Shown: positions 1-9,465, numbered from the stretch's first letter. The stretch is DNA of 51,488 nucleotides from Chitinophaga pinensis (GCA_945861685.1 CAMAVO010000002.1:1-51488), one strand, 5' to 3'. Numbers and translations: made by a program. Notes: generated by a model from the sequence alone, not told the origin.

Positions 1-1526
1 ACACCGGACTTTTATTTGGCGAAGCTATTGCGTTGTGCTTTTACTTTGCCACAACTATTGGAGCGCAAACCTCTATAGGTTCGTTACCTATTGTGTTTTA
101 CGGAACAAAAGAACAGAAACAAAAATACCTTCCGGGCATTGCCACAGCAAAGCTAAAAGCATCATACTGTCTTACCGAACCCACTTCGGGTTCTGATGCA
201 AACTCGGCAAAAACAAAAGCAACACTTTCTGCTGATGGGAAACACTATTTGCTTAACGGACAAAAAATGTGGATTACCAATGGAGGTTTTGCAGATATTT
301 TTATTGTGTTCGCAAAAATTGAAGATGACGAAAACCTTTCTGCATTTATAGTGGAGAAAAATTTTGGCGGCATACAATTAGGTAAAGAAGAAAAGAAACT
401 GGGTATCAAAGGTTCATCAACCGTTCAGGTATTTTTTAATGATTGCAAAGTGCCGGTTGAAAATCTGTTATCAGAGCGTGGAGCAGGATTTAAAATTGCG
501 CTAAACATCTTAAATACAGGCCGCATAAAATTGTGTGCTGGTTCAGTAGGTGGCAGTAAATTTGCAATCGGTCGCGCTGTGGTGTATGCTAATGAGCGCT
601 TCCAGTTCAAAAAGCCCATCAGCGATTTTGGCGCCATGAAATATAAAATTGGCGAAATGATTATGCGTGCGTTTGCCACCGAATCTGCCGTTTACCGCAC
701 AGGAAATAATATAGACCGCAAACAAAAAGAATTTGAAGTGCAGGGCATTGAAAAAAGCGAAGCCAAATTAAAAGCTGTGCGCGAATATGCTGTTGAGTGC
801 GCCATTCTTAAAGTGTATGGATCAGAAGTGTTGGACTACACCGTTGACGAAGCGCTGCAAATTCATGGCGGCATGGGCTATGCTGTTGAAACCGGTGTTG
901 AGATGGGTTACCGCGATGCGCGTATCACCCGCATTTACGAAGGAACAAACGAAATAAACCGCATGTTAGCCATTGCAGAATTGATGAAACGTTCATTTCA
1001 AAGCAAAGAAATAAACCTGCTTGATGGTGGAAAAAAACTACCAGGATTTTTGTTCATGCAAGCACTTCCCATGAAAAGCAAAGCTGGTTTTGACGAAGAA
1101 AGAAGAATAGTACAAGGTTTGAAAAATGCGTTCTTGCTTATTTCCGGTTCAGCAGGAAATAAATTGAAACTAAAGTTAGTTGACGAGCAGGAGATAATCA
1201 TGAACATGGCCGATATATTGGCTGAAGCATACATTGCAGAGTCATTATTATTGCGCGTTCAAAAACTTTCTACGAAGAAGGATTTTGATAAAGAACAGTT
1301 AGAAGTAATGAAAAAACTGTTGCGCGTTTTCTTATTCGAGGCTTTAGCAAAAGTGCGCAGAACAGGACAAGAGGCTATTGCCAGCTATGCAACCGGTGCT
1401 GAAAAAAGTCTGATGACGCGCTTATTGAAAATGCTTACTCCAAAATTTGATGTAAATCCAAAAGATTTAAGAAGAGCGGTTGCGGATTACGCAATTAAGA
1501 AAAACGGATACCCGTTTATCGGTTAA
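1..1526 (+). CDS. acyl-CoA dehydrogenase family protein (5' end outside window)
   Basis: The frame is open from base 3, upstream of the listed Met. ACAD-like motifs are present (CLTEPTSGSDA, QKMWITNG, IHGGMGY, YEGTNEI), followed by a long helical C-terminal extension. Confidence 0.9.
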   Translation, partial: TGLLFGEAIALCFYFATTIGAQTSIGSLPIVFYGTKEQKQKYLPGIATAKLKASYCLTEPTSGSDANSAKTKATLSADGKHYLLNGQKMWITNGGFADIFIVFAKIEDDENLSAFIVEKNFGGIQLGKEEKKLGIKGSSTVQVFFNDCKVPVENLLSERGAGFKIALNILNTGRIKLCAGSVGGSKFAIGRAVVYANERFQFKKPISDFGAMKYKIGEMIMRAFATESAVYRTGNNIDRKQKEFEVQGIEKSEAKLKAVREYAVECAILKVYGSEVLDYTVDEALQIHGGMGYAVETGVEMGYRDARITRIYEGTNEINRMLAIAELMKRSFQSKEINLLDGGKKLPGFLFMQALPMKSKAGFDEERRIVQGLKNAFLLISGSAGNKLKLKLVDEQEIIMNMADILAEAYIAESLLLRVQKLSTKKDFDKEQLEVMKKLLRVFLFEALAKVRRTGQEAIASYATGAEKSLMTRLLKMLTPKFDVNPKDLRRAVADYAIKKNGYPFIG

Positions 1527-1539
1527 ATAACTTCGGGTC

Positions 1540-1950
1540 TTATTTTATTTTAAAATAGAGAGAACTCACCATTCTCGGAATACCATCATCCCCTCGAGCC
1601 ATAATATCTTCCGCTACAAAAATAGCTCCGGGCTTAAGTTTTCTTAATGCAGCTATCATCTCATTTGTAAGCGTATTACCTATTGCTGTATAACTCATTA
1701 AATCGCCTTGTCCTTTTATTGTAAGTGTATAGGATGATACGCTCAGGTCGCTGCGATTAATAATAAGGCAACACGATGTTATTGCTTCGCTCACAGTTAT
1801 ATCTCCACCTGTTTTTCCTCCCAATGTTACAAACGTAGGTTCAAATTTCTTTACAGCTTGTTCCCCTTGTTTCACCACCCGGAAGGTGTCTGTCTGTTGT
1901 GCTTGTAATGAGCATGAAAACAAAACAAAAAACAGCAACAACTTATTCAT
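1540..1950 (-). CDS. hypothetical secreted protein
   Basis: 136-aa ORF with a clear N-terminal signal peptide (MNKLLLFFVLFSCSLQAQQ). It has a 4-nt ATGA overlap with the upstream RidA gene. No family recognised. Confidence 0.6.
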   Translation of the reverse strand: MNKLLLFFVLFSCSLQAQQTDTFRVVKQGEQAVKKFEPTFVTLGGKTGGDITVSEAITSCCLIINRSDLSVSSYTLTIKGQGDLMSYTAIGNTLTNEMIAALRKLKPGAIFVAEDIMARGDDGIPRMVSSLYFKIK

Positions 1951-2336
1951 TTTTGCAAAATTGCTGTTACTTCTATTTCAACCACCAGATTTATATGAAT
2001 AAGTGCTCTTACTTCAACCATTGTTGCAGCGGGTTTAATGTTCTTGAAAAATTCTCCGTGAGCTTTTCCAACTTCTTCCCACTTTGAAATGTCTGTAACA
2101 AACATCCGTGTGCGAACTACATCATTTAAAGTTGCCCCTGCTTCATTTAAAGCGTGTTCAATTTTCTGAATGATATATTTTGTTTGTTCGTAAGCATTGC
2201 CGGGAGCAATTATTTCTTCTCCTTCTGTTGCTGTTGTTCCTGCTACTTCAATAATGTTTCCAATCCTCACGGCACGACTATAGCCAACAATATTTTCCCA
2301 CTTTGTACCTGAAGAAATATTTTTTCTATTTACCAT
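1947..2336 (-). CDS. RidA/YjgF family reactive-intermediate deaminase-like protein
   Basis: 129 aa with a typical RidA-family layout (GNIIEVAGTTA, AYEQTKYIIQKIEHAL, VVRTRMFVTD, MVEVRAL). Confidence 0.85.
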   Translation of the reverse strand: MVNRKNISSGTKWENIVGYSRAVRIGNIIEVAGTTATEGEEIIAPGNAYEQTKYIIQKIEHALNEAGATLNDVVRTRMFVTDISKWEEVGKAHGEFFKNIKPAATMVEVRALIHINLVVEIEVTAILQK

Positions 2337-2345
2337 TTTGGCTGT

Positions 2346-3212
2346 TTACTCCCTCTCCTTTGGAGAGGGTTGGGGTGAGACTTCTTTTATTTCTCGCGCA
2401 ATGGTTGAAAAATATTCCACCTCTCCCTTCTCATTTTTGTGTGCAATAATTACCTGCGAAACAGGAATTTCTTTTCCGTCTAATGCAAGTAAAGCTGTTT
2501 CGCCTCGCCATATTCCATGTTTTACAGCATATGGAATAGCTTCATCAGCAATGTAACGAACAGCCCAACCCGGTTGCAAATCCTTAATCTTTAATTTGCC
2601 TGTATCTAATTCGTCTGTTATGCCAAGCATTTTTTTTCCCGCAGAATTAATGTACTGACTTACATAATCAATACCTGAAATACCCACAAAATCGGATGTG
2701 GATTCTAAAATGGTATTAAGCAGTTGACTTCGTTTGAGTAAAAAATCCAATTGTTGTGCACGATGTTTCAGCTCAATTTCACTTTTTCGCAACTCTTCCA
2801 GCGCTGCATCTTTCTCCTGTTGTATTTCTCTCTTTTTCAATACAGCATCTATTGCATGTGGCAAACGTTTCAGATTATTTTTCATCACATAATCATCAAC
2901 CCCCTGCTTCAGAAATTCAATAACAACATCTTCTGACAATTCGCCCGAAATAAGAATGAAAGGAATATCAAATTCTTCCATTTCCAACAGTTTAAATGCA
3001 TGAAGGGCATTAAAACCCGGAAGACTATAATCTGCAATAATTATGTGTGGTAAAAAAGCCCGAATCTGCGGAATAAAATCATGTCGCGAAGAATGAATAT
3101 GAGCCTCAAACGATATGCCCGATTGAGTTAACTCTTCCAGCATAATATCTGCATCTGCCGGTATATCTTCTAATATAAATATCTTGAGTTTTTTGTTTCC
3201 CATTACAGCCAT
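2346..3212 (-). CDS. response regulator receiver domain fused to a PAS domain, no recognisable output domain
   Basis: The REC domain shows KIFILEDIPADADIM, IIIADYSLPGFNA and PFILISG. A coiled linker and a PAS-like C-terminal half follow. The start is set at an internal Met (3212 or 3203) because the longer ORF would read through an upstream terminator hairpin. Confidence 0.8.
   Translation of the reverse strand: MAVMGNKKLKIFILEDIPADADIMLEELTQSGISFEAHIHSSRHDFIPQIRAFLPHIIIADYSLPGFNALHAFKLLEMEEFDIPFILISGELSEDVVIEFLKQGVDDYVMKNNLKRLPHAIDAVLKKREIQQEKDAALEELRKSEIELKHRAQQLDFLLKRSQLLNTILESTSDFVGISGIDYVSQYINSAGKKMLGITDELDTGKLKIKDLQPGWAVRYIADEAIPYAVKHGIWRGETALLALDGKEIPVSQVIIAHKNEKGEVEYFSTIAREIKEVSPQPSPKERE
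2349..2379 (+). repeat. miniature palindromic element, family A (CCCTCTCC-N3-GGAGAGGG followed by TTGGGGTGAG)
   Basis: Hairpin 2351-2358/2362-2369 plus a G-rich tail. The same architecture occurs at 40256-40288, with related copies at 18015-18040 and 38036-38054. Confidence 0.7.
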
Positions 3213-3222
3213 AAAGATAAAA

Positions 3223-3248
3223 AAAGCCCGCGAATTCATGCGGGCTTT
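3223..3248 (-). terminator. rho-independent terminator after the kinase-like gene
   Basis: 9-bp stem AAAGCCCGC/GCGGGCTTT with an 8-nt loop, followed by a T-run on the minus strand. Confidence 0.6.
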
Positions 3249-3276
3249 CTTATTTAATAATTTAAAGAAAATATCT

Positions 3277-3867
3277 CTATGCGGCAGCGCTTACAGGTAT
3301 GTTAACTTTAAGTGTGAAATAAGTTTTCTTATCACTCAGTTTGCGAAAATCATATTCAAATTTGTTGGCTGATTTGCGCGCTATATCAAATAAGCCTAAA
3401 CCCGCCCCGCCTTTATCGCTGAACTCCATATTGGACATCAGCTCTTTGTATTTATCTCTTATTTCGTCTGGCTTCAGATTATTAATATGTTCAATTTTTT
3501 CTTTCAAATAATCGGTTTTGTCATTATTCATCATGTTTCCGGTGATGATGAAAAAGCTATTCTCATTTCTGCCAATAAGCAGAATAGACGATTCGTGGTC
3601 TTTACCTTTTTCGGGCTCTGCGTGACGACTTACATTTTGTAAGCACTCCACCAAAACATTAAAAACCTTTTTCTTTATTTTTTTCCCCTCTTCAAAACCA
3701 ATCATTTTGGAGTCGACCATAGCAATAAGCTGGTCAGAGGTTTCTTCGTTGATATTGTCTTTATAGGCAAGCAGCAACTGGTTTTCAACCATCATGCGCT
3801 CAATACCATATATCTGGTCAACAAGTTTAAAGTACTTGTTGTGTTCTGGGTTATTCTGTGTGGGCAT
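3277..3867 (-). CDS. SiaB-like (DUF6272-type) GHKL-fold protein kinase, single domain
   Basis: 196 aa with ECLQNVSRHA and SDKGGAGLGLFDIARKS boxes. These match both halves of the tandem protein at 6342-7469. Confidence 0.65.
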   Translation of the reverse strand: MPTQNNPEHNKYFKLVDQIYGIERMMVENQLLLAYKDNINEETSDQLIAMVDSKMIGFEEGKKIKKKVFNVLVECLQNVSRHAEPEKGKDHESSILLIGRNENSFFIITGNMMNNDKTDYLKEKIEHINNLKPDEIRDKYKELMSNMEFSDKGGAGLGLFDIARKSANKFEYDFRKLSDKKTYFTLKVNIPVSAAA

Positions 3868-3969
3868 ACAGTATAACGATTATGTTAATTCGGGACTAAA
3901 ACTATCTATAAAATCGATACTTTAACTGAATTCGTCTAAATAATGTTTCAACATTTAATTCTGTGCATA

Positions 3970-4620
3970 TCAAAACCCGGGAATGGCATAGAAGAAAACT
4001 GCAAAATAATGAAGGATGCTTCCTGCCAGAACAAACAAATGCCAGATGCTGTGGCTGAAGGGCAAAGTTTTCCATTTGTAGAAGATAAGACCCGACATAT
4101 AAAACAATCCGCCAAGCGAAATTAAAATCAAACCTCCTGTTTGTATGTGTTCAACAGCCGGACCATAAAAAAAGATAAACAGCCAGGCCATAAACACATA
4201 CAGCGAAGTTGAAAACGTTTCAAATCTTCCGGTAAAAAACAGTTTGAAAATAATTCCGCCTGCTGCCATAGCACCCATTATTAAGGCAAACATTAATCCT
4301 CCGCTGTGTTTCAGGTTCACGAAAAGAAAAGGCATATACGAGCCAGCTATCAAAACATAAATAGCGGCATGGTCAAATACGCGCAGTTTTAGTTTTACGT
4401 GCGGTTTGTGAAAGCTATGATAAAGTGTAGAGGCTGTGTAAAGTACAATCAGTGAACCCCCGAAAATGCTTACCGCAACTAAATGCGAAAACTCATCAAA
4501 TCCAATGGATTTATAAAGTAATGCAATAAGCCCGATAATACTAAGAAACAAACCAGCTCCGTGGGTAATACTGTTTACCAGTTCTTCATTTTTCGTTTGC
4601 GGATGGTCGTTTAATTTCAT
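3970..4620 (-). CDS. hemolysin III / PAQR family membrane protein
   Basis: 216 aa with seven hydrophobic segments. Characteristic motifs are present (NSITHGAG, STLYH, DHAAIY, HSIWHLFV). Confidence 0.9.
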   Translation of the reverse strand: MKLNDHPQTKNEELVNSITHGAGLFLSIIGLIALLYKSIGFDEFSHLVAVSIFGGSLIVLYTASTLYHSFHKPHVKLKLRVFDHAAIYVLIAGSYMPFLFVNLKHSGGLMFALIMGAMAAGGIIFKLFFTGRFETFSTSLYVFMAWLFIFFYGPAVEHIQTGGLILISLGGLFYMSGLIFYKWKTLPFSHSIWHLFVLAGSILHYFAVFFYAIPGF

Positions 4621-4629
4621 GATGTGAGT

Positions 4630-6249
4630 TTATGCGGGTACTACTTTTTCAGCCTGTTTTCTTACTTCATTAACCAATCCCGGATTTTTTAAAACCGCTG
4701 ACGCGGTTATTAATCCGGCAAATAATGCACCTCCGATACCAACCGTAACAACATCTTGTCCGGTGAGAAAAAGATTTTTTACAGGAGTATGCGCTCTCAA
4801 AAATTTATGTCTGAAACGGTCGGTGGTGTGGTCAATTCCGTAAATCTCACCACTTGCATACGAAGTAAAATGTTTAGTAGAAAGGGGAGAAGACAATTCG
4901 TAAAAATCAATCTTGCCTTTCAGTTGAGGAACAGTTTTATAAAGTTGTTCCAGCAAACGGTTCGAGAAATTCTCTTTCAGTTTTTCATATTCATCACCAC
5001 GTTTTTTCCAACGTGCATCTTCCCAGTCTTTAAACCATTCGTAAGGAGCAAGGGTAATAATTTCAACAGTTGATTTTCCGGGATAACGATTTTCCCAATC
5101 TGGATCTTTGGCAGAAGGAAATGAAATATAAACCACAGGAAATTCTTTACTCGGGTCAGCAATAAAATCTTTAACCGCTTTATCGTGATCGTAATGCGGA
5201 TAAATCCAGTAGTTGGCATTTCCAAGATTAAGACTTTTCCAGCTTTCTTTTATGCCGATGTAAAGACAAACGTGTGCAACCGATGGCTGCACCAATTTCA
5301 ATTTTTCACGCATCCCGTGTTTGTCGGCAACCTCATTGTTTACCAGATGTCCGAAAGTGTTTTCAATTCCTGCGTTGCTGATAATAATAGGAGCAAACAG
5401 TTCGCTTCCATCCTCCATTTTCACGCCAACAGCTTTGTTGCCTTTGATAATAATTTCCTGAACGCCTGCGTTTACATATACTTCACCACCCGCGTTTTTT
5501 ATAATCGGATAAATAGTTTCTGCTATGCGTTGCGAACCGCCAATCGGATAGGCGCCACCATTGATATAATGTTTTGCCACCATGGCATGAATAGCAAAAC
5601 TGCTCGATGCAGGTGGCAAGCCGTAATCACCGTATTGTCCTGCAAGTACGCCAATCAACTCTTTGTTTTTGGTAAGGCTTTGTAAAACTTCTAATGTTGT
5701 CCGGTCGCTTTGTTTTAAAAATGCTGGCTTAAAAAATAATCCGGCAATGCTCCCCAAAAACGGGGGCAGAGCCCGCTCGCTGAAAAAATTCGCTGCGCTG
5801 TGCGCTGTTTTATAAATCAGGTAAACATACTCGTCAATTGCATCTTCCTCGCCCGGAAAATATTCCTTCATCTTACTCAGGAAATTTTCTTTGCCCGCCA
5901 CATAATCGTATTGTTTACCACCAATAACCATTTTGTCATAAACGGCATCCATTTCAGCCCATTTCAATTCGCCATCGGTAACGTAATTGAAGAGTTGATA
6001 CAAAAAAGTTTTTTCGCGGTTTACTTCGCCAACGTAATGTAAGCCCACATCCCATTCATAATCCCTGCGTTTAAAGACGTGGGTAAAACCACCTGCCACA
6101 TAATGCTTCTCCAGCACCAATACTTTTTTATTCGCTTTTTTAGCAAGAATAGCTGCTGTTCCTAAACCGCCCAAACCCGAGCCAATTACAATGGCATCGT
6201 AGTTTTCGCTTGAATGTTGTTTTTTGTATGAAGGCCAGGTTTTTGACAT
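4630..6249 (-). CDS. NAD(P)/FAD-dependent oxidoreductase, phytoene desaturase / retinol-saturase-like family
   Basis: 539 aa with an N-terminal dinucleotide-binding motif (DAIVIGSGLGGLGTAAILAK, VLVLEKHYVAGG) and a C-terminal GQDVVTVGIGGAL motif typical of CrtI-like flavoenzymes. Confidence 0.85.
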   Translation of the reverse strand: MSKTWPSYKKQHSSENYDAIVIGSGLGGLGTAAILAKKANKKVLVLEKHYVAGGFTHVFKRRDYEWDVGLHYVGEVNREKTFLYQLFNYVTDGELKWAEMDAVYDKMVIGGKQYDYVAGKENFLSKMKEYFPGEEDAIDEYVYLIYKTAHSAANFFSERALPPFLGSIAGLFFKPAFLKQSDRTTLEVLQSLTKNKELIGVLAGQYGDYGLPPASSSFAIHAMVAKHYINGGAYPIGGSQRIAETIYPIIKNAGGEVYVNAGVQEIIIKGNKAVGVKMEDGSELFAPIIISNAGIENTFGHLVNNEVADKHGMREKLKLVQPSVAHVCLYIGIKESWKSLNLGNANYWIYPHYDHDKAVKDFIADPSKEFPVVYISFPSAKDPDWENRYPGKSTVEIITLAPYEWFKDWEDARWKKRGDEYEKLKENFSNRLLEQLYKTVPQLKGKIDFYELSSPLSTKHFTSYASGEIYGIDHTTDRFRHKFLRAHTPVKNLFLTGQDVVTVGIGGALFAGLITASAVLKNPGLVNEVRKQAEKVVPA

Positions 6250-6341
6250 AGTGCAAACTTAAGTTTTTTAGTTGAGGATGAAAATACAATATTTCACGAG
6301 GGCCTAAACCAATTTTTTTTCAAGTGAAAACCTATTTCAAA

Positions 6342-7469
6342 ATGTATCGTTCAACGACACACTATATTCCCCCGCCCATGTCAGAACTAAAAAGTCATTA
6401 CCTGTTCAAGAAACTCAGCAACGATAGGCTGAGCCTCATTTTCAACGGAGAAGTAAACGACAAAATCACAGACGGAATCATTCGTCTCACTGATTTTAAT
6501 GTCAACAGTCTTGAGGATTTATCAAAAATGCGCAACCGTGTGAACTTCATCATGGTTGAGTGTTTTCAAAATTTGGTGCGCCACGGCAAACCCGATAATA
6601 GTGACGGGTTAAACGACAGTACTCTGTTTTCGACCCGCGTAGTAGGTCAGGCAAATTACATCAGCTCCATCAACCTTATTGATGCCAGCCGTGCAAACAT
6701 GCTCAAAGAAAAATTGAAGCAGCTTAACACCCTGGAGAAAGACAAGCTAAAAGCACTGTACTTTGAAATTCTTGAAAATCAACAGTTCAGCGAGAAGGGT
6801 GGCGCAGGCCTGGGGCTTATTGAAATAGCGCGTAAAGCCGGCCAGCCAATTGACCATTCCATTGAGAATGTAAATGATAAATTTTACAATTTCTATCTCT
6901 CGCTTAAACTTGCTTCGCGCGAAGAGCTTATGCAGCGCGAGCATGGCGAAACGCTGCGTTTTACACGCCAGTTTGATGATGAGATAAAAAACTCAAACAT
7001 CCTGATGGTGTATAAAGGCGATTTCTCAAAAGAATCAATCCTGCCCATCATTAATATTATTCAGGAACGCATGTATTCGCCAGACGAAAGCTCACGCGGA
7101 AAAAGCCTGTATTCCATTTTGGTTGAACTGCTACAAAACGTTTCGCGTCACTCGTTAGACACCCAAAATAAAGAAGGGCTTTTTATGATTACCTTTCACG
7201 ACAATACCTACACCATCAGTGCAGGAAACATGGTAACAGCAGAAACAAAAAATGCTCTTACTAAAAAAATTGAAAGCCTTAACAAACTAAATAATTACGA
7301 GTTGAAAGACCTTTACAAGAAAACATTGAAAGAAGGTATGTTCAGTGAAAAAGGTGGTGGCGGACTGGGGCTTATTGAATTAGCCCGCGAAAGCAGCGGA
7401 CATCTTGGATACGCCTTTGACGATACAGATAATAACCTAAGTTTTTTTACTCTAAACGTAACGTTCTAA
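6342..7469 (+). CDS. tandem double SiaB-like (DUF6272-type) protein kinase
   Basis: It has two homologous halves. Each carries an E-x-x-QN-x-x-RH box (ECFQNLVRHG, ELLQNVSRHS) and a SEKGGxGLGLIE-x-AR box. The listed ORF starts at GTG 6324; the ATG at 6342 or 6378 is more likely. Confidence 0.7.
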   Translation: MYRSTTHYIPPPMSELKSHYLFKKLSNDRLSLIFNGEVNDKITDGIIRLTDFNVNSLEDLSKMRNRVNFIMVECFQNLVRHGKPDNSDGLNDSTLFSTRVVGQANYISSINLIDASRANMLKEKLKQLNTLEKDKLKALYFEILENQQFSEKGGAGLGLIEIARKAGQPIDHSIENVNDKFYNFYLSLKLASREELMQREHGETLRFTRQFDDEIKNSNILMVYKGDFSKESILPIINIIQERMYSPDESSRGKSLYSILVELLQNVSRHSLDTQNKEGLFMITFHDNTYTISAGNMVTAETKNALTKKIESLNKLNNYELKDLYKKTLKEGMFSEKGGGGLGLIELARESSGHLGYAFDDTDNNLSFFTLNVTF

Positions 7470-7475
7470 CACATC

Positions 7476-7853
7476 ATGCCAGAAGTAATAAATATACCCG
7501 CAACAGAAGATACACCGGCAATAAGACTGGATGCCGGAAAAGGCCAAATAGAAATTTCAGGCAAAGCACTGCCCGAAGATTCGCTGGCATTTTTCAAACC
7601 GATTTACGACTGGATTAAAGAATATTATCAGTCGCCACTGGATACCACTGAATTGCATTTGCATTTAGATTACATCAACTCTGCATCAACCCGCCACCTG
7701 TTCAACATCATCAGCGGCATGCAGGATTTGATTGATAAACAAAAGAACGCCAAAGTAATCTGGCACTGCAAAACCAGTGACGAAATGATGAAGAACAAAG
7801 GCGAAGAATTACAAAGCATTGTAGATATTCCATTTGAAATAAAGGAAAGCTAA
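7476..7853 (+). CDS. SiaC-like DUF1987 regulatory phosphoprotein (partner-switch component)
   Basis: 125 aa with DUF1987-like motifs (TPAIRLD, IEISGKALPED, FFKPIYDWIKEY, LDYINSASTRHLF). It starts 7 nt after the kinase gene. Confidence 0.7.
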   Translation: MPEVINIPATEDTPAIRLDAGKGQIEISGKALPEDSLAFFKPIYDWIKEYYQSPLDTTELHLHLDYINSASTRHLFNIISGMQDLIDKQKNAKVIWHCKTSDEMMKNKGEELQSIVDIPFEIKES

Positions 7854-7856
7854 TTA

Positions 7857-8939
7857 ATGAATTACAGGACTCGTTATTTTATTTACGGAGCCATTTTCGG
7901 TTGTTGCTTTCCTGTTATTTCCAGTATAGTAGACGTACTTGCTCAGGGACTTACTTTTAGCATTGATAGTATTATGCAGGTGCAGCGCACCCAGCCTTTG
8001 CATTGGGTTATTGACAGCGCCCCGCTTTTTCTGGGAGTGTTTGCCATGCTTGCCGGAATAAAGCAGGATGAGGTAATGCAAATGAATCAAAACCTGGAAA
8101 AGAAAGTTCAGGAACGTACACTTGATTTGCATGAAAAAAACAGCGAACTATCACTGGCACAAAAAGACCTGAGCAAGTCACTTGAAAAAATTTCGCAGAG
8201 TATCGACTATGCGCAGCGCATACAAATGGCATTGATTTCAAATGCCGAACAAATGAAATCGGATTTCCCGGGTTCGTTCTTTTTATTTCGTCCGCGCGAT
8301 GTGGTAAGCGGTGATTTTTTATGGTACCATCGCTCCAATGGTTATGTGTATGTGGCAGCAGTAGATTGCACAGGGCATGGGGTTCCGGGAGCTTTCATGT
8401 CATTGATAGGCTACTGCCTGCTCAATAAAATTACCAGCGAAAACAAACACATTGGCACTGCCGAAATTCTGGATACCATTCACATTGAAATTCAAAAAAC
8501 ACTAAATCAAAAGCGAGATTCAGAAGTGCATGACGGAATGGAAATGGCTCTTTGCCGTATTGACACCAAAAACAAAACAGTTGATTTTTCAGGTGCAGGA
8601 ATGGGGCTATGTTATATAGGCGCTAATGGCGAAATGCGTGAAGTAAAAGCCGATTTCTTTAGTCTTGGCGGTTTCCACTTCAAACCTAATTTTAAATATT
8701 CCACACAAACTATTTCGTACCAGGCAGGCGATCGCTTCTGCATGTTCAGCGATGGTGTTACCGACCAGTTTAATGATAAAGACGAAAAGTTTGGATTAAC
8801 CCGTTTGCGTAAAAATATGGCATTACACTCAAACAAACCAGGTGCCGATCAGGAAAAATTATTTGCCGCTGAAATAGATAATTGGAAAAAATCTACCCGC
8901 CAGTTAGATGATATGATGTTGGCAGGAATAGCCTTGTAA
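7857..8939 (+). CDS. membrane-anchored PP2C/SpoIIE-family protein Ser/Thr phosphatase (SiaA-like)
   Basis: It has two N-terminal hydrophobic segments, then a coiled coil, then a SpoIIE-type domain (VSGDFLWY, AAVDCTGHGVPGAFMS, FSDGVTDQ, DDMMLAGI). Confidence 0.85.
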   Translation: MNYRTRYFIYGAIFGCCFPVISSIVDVLAQGLTFSIDSIMQVQRTQPLHWVIDSAPLFLGVFAMLAGIKQDEVMQMNQNLEKKVQERTLDLHEKNSELSLAQKDLSKSLEKISQSIDYAQRIQMALISNAEQMKSDFPGSFFLFRPRDVVSGDFLWYHRSNGYVYVAAVDCTGHGVPGAFMSLIGYCLLNKITSENKHIGTAEILDTIHIEIQKTLNQKRDSEVHDGMEMALCRIDTKNKTVDFSGAGMGLCYIGANGEMREVKADFFSLGGFHFKPNFKYSTQTISYQAGDRFCMFSDGVTDQFNDKDEKFGLTRLRKNMALHSNKPGADQEKLFAAEIDNWKKSTRQLDDMMLAGIAL

Positions 8940-8940
8940 A

Positions 8941-9465
8941 TTACTTCCCTCCATTAGCAGCATCTGCTGCCGTTGCTGCTGTCATTGAAGCGAGGTCGCG
9001 GTCAAACAGATAAAGTCCGCCACGATCTTCGCCCAGCAATTCTAGTTTATCAAGAATAGTCATAGCTTGTTTCTCTTCTTCAACCTGTTCCGAAACATAC
9101 CATTGTAAAAAGTTGTGGGTGGTATAATCTTTTTCTTTCAGGCAGGCATCAACCAATTTATTGATTTCGTGAGTTACTGCTAATTCGTGTTTCAGTAAAT
9201 CTTCAAAAACTTCTTTTACGTTTTTAAATTTTGCTTTTGGTGCTTTTGAACCACCAACAGCAGCATGCGACCCCCGCTCGTTTATAAAATGAAAAAGTTT
9301 AAGCATATGCACACGCTCCTCATCAGCTTGTCCGTAAAGAAAGCCTGAAACTCCGTTCAGTCCTTTTGCCTCGGCCCATGAAGCCATGGCAAGATAAAAT
9401 TGTGATGATTCAAACTCTAACTGAACCTGTTCGTTCAGCAGTTTTTCTATATTTTTTGATAACAT
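8941..9465 (-). CDS. ftnA: ferritin
   Basis: Ferritin di-iron motifs are present (EFESSQFYLAMASWAE, DEERVHMLKLFHF, HELAVTHEIN). The start is set at the internal Met MLSKNIEKLLNEQ (ATG at 9465). Confidence 0.9.
   Translation of the reverse strand: MLSKNIEKLLNEQVQLEFESSQFYLAMASWAEAKGLNGVSGFLYGQADEERVHMLKLFHFINERGSHAAVGGSKAPKAKFKNVKEVFEDLLKHELAVTHEINKLVDACLKEKDYTTHNFLQWYVSEQVEEEKQAMTILDKLELLGEDRGGLYLFDRDLASMTAATAADAANGGK

Noticed and set aside
5185-5685. 166-aa plus-strand ORF and other antisense ORFs inside the oxidoreductase gene
   Set aside because: They are fully embedded antisense to a 539-aa ORF with strong flavoenzyme motifs and have no motifs of their own.
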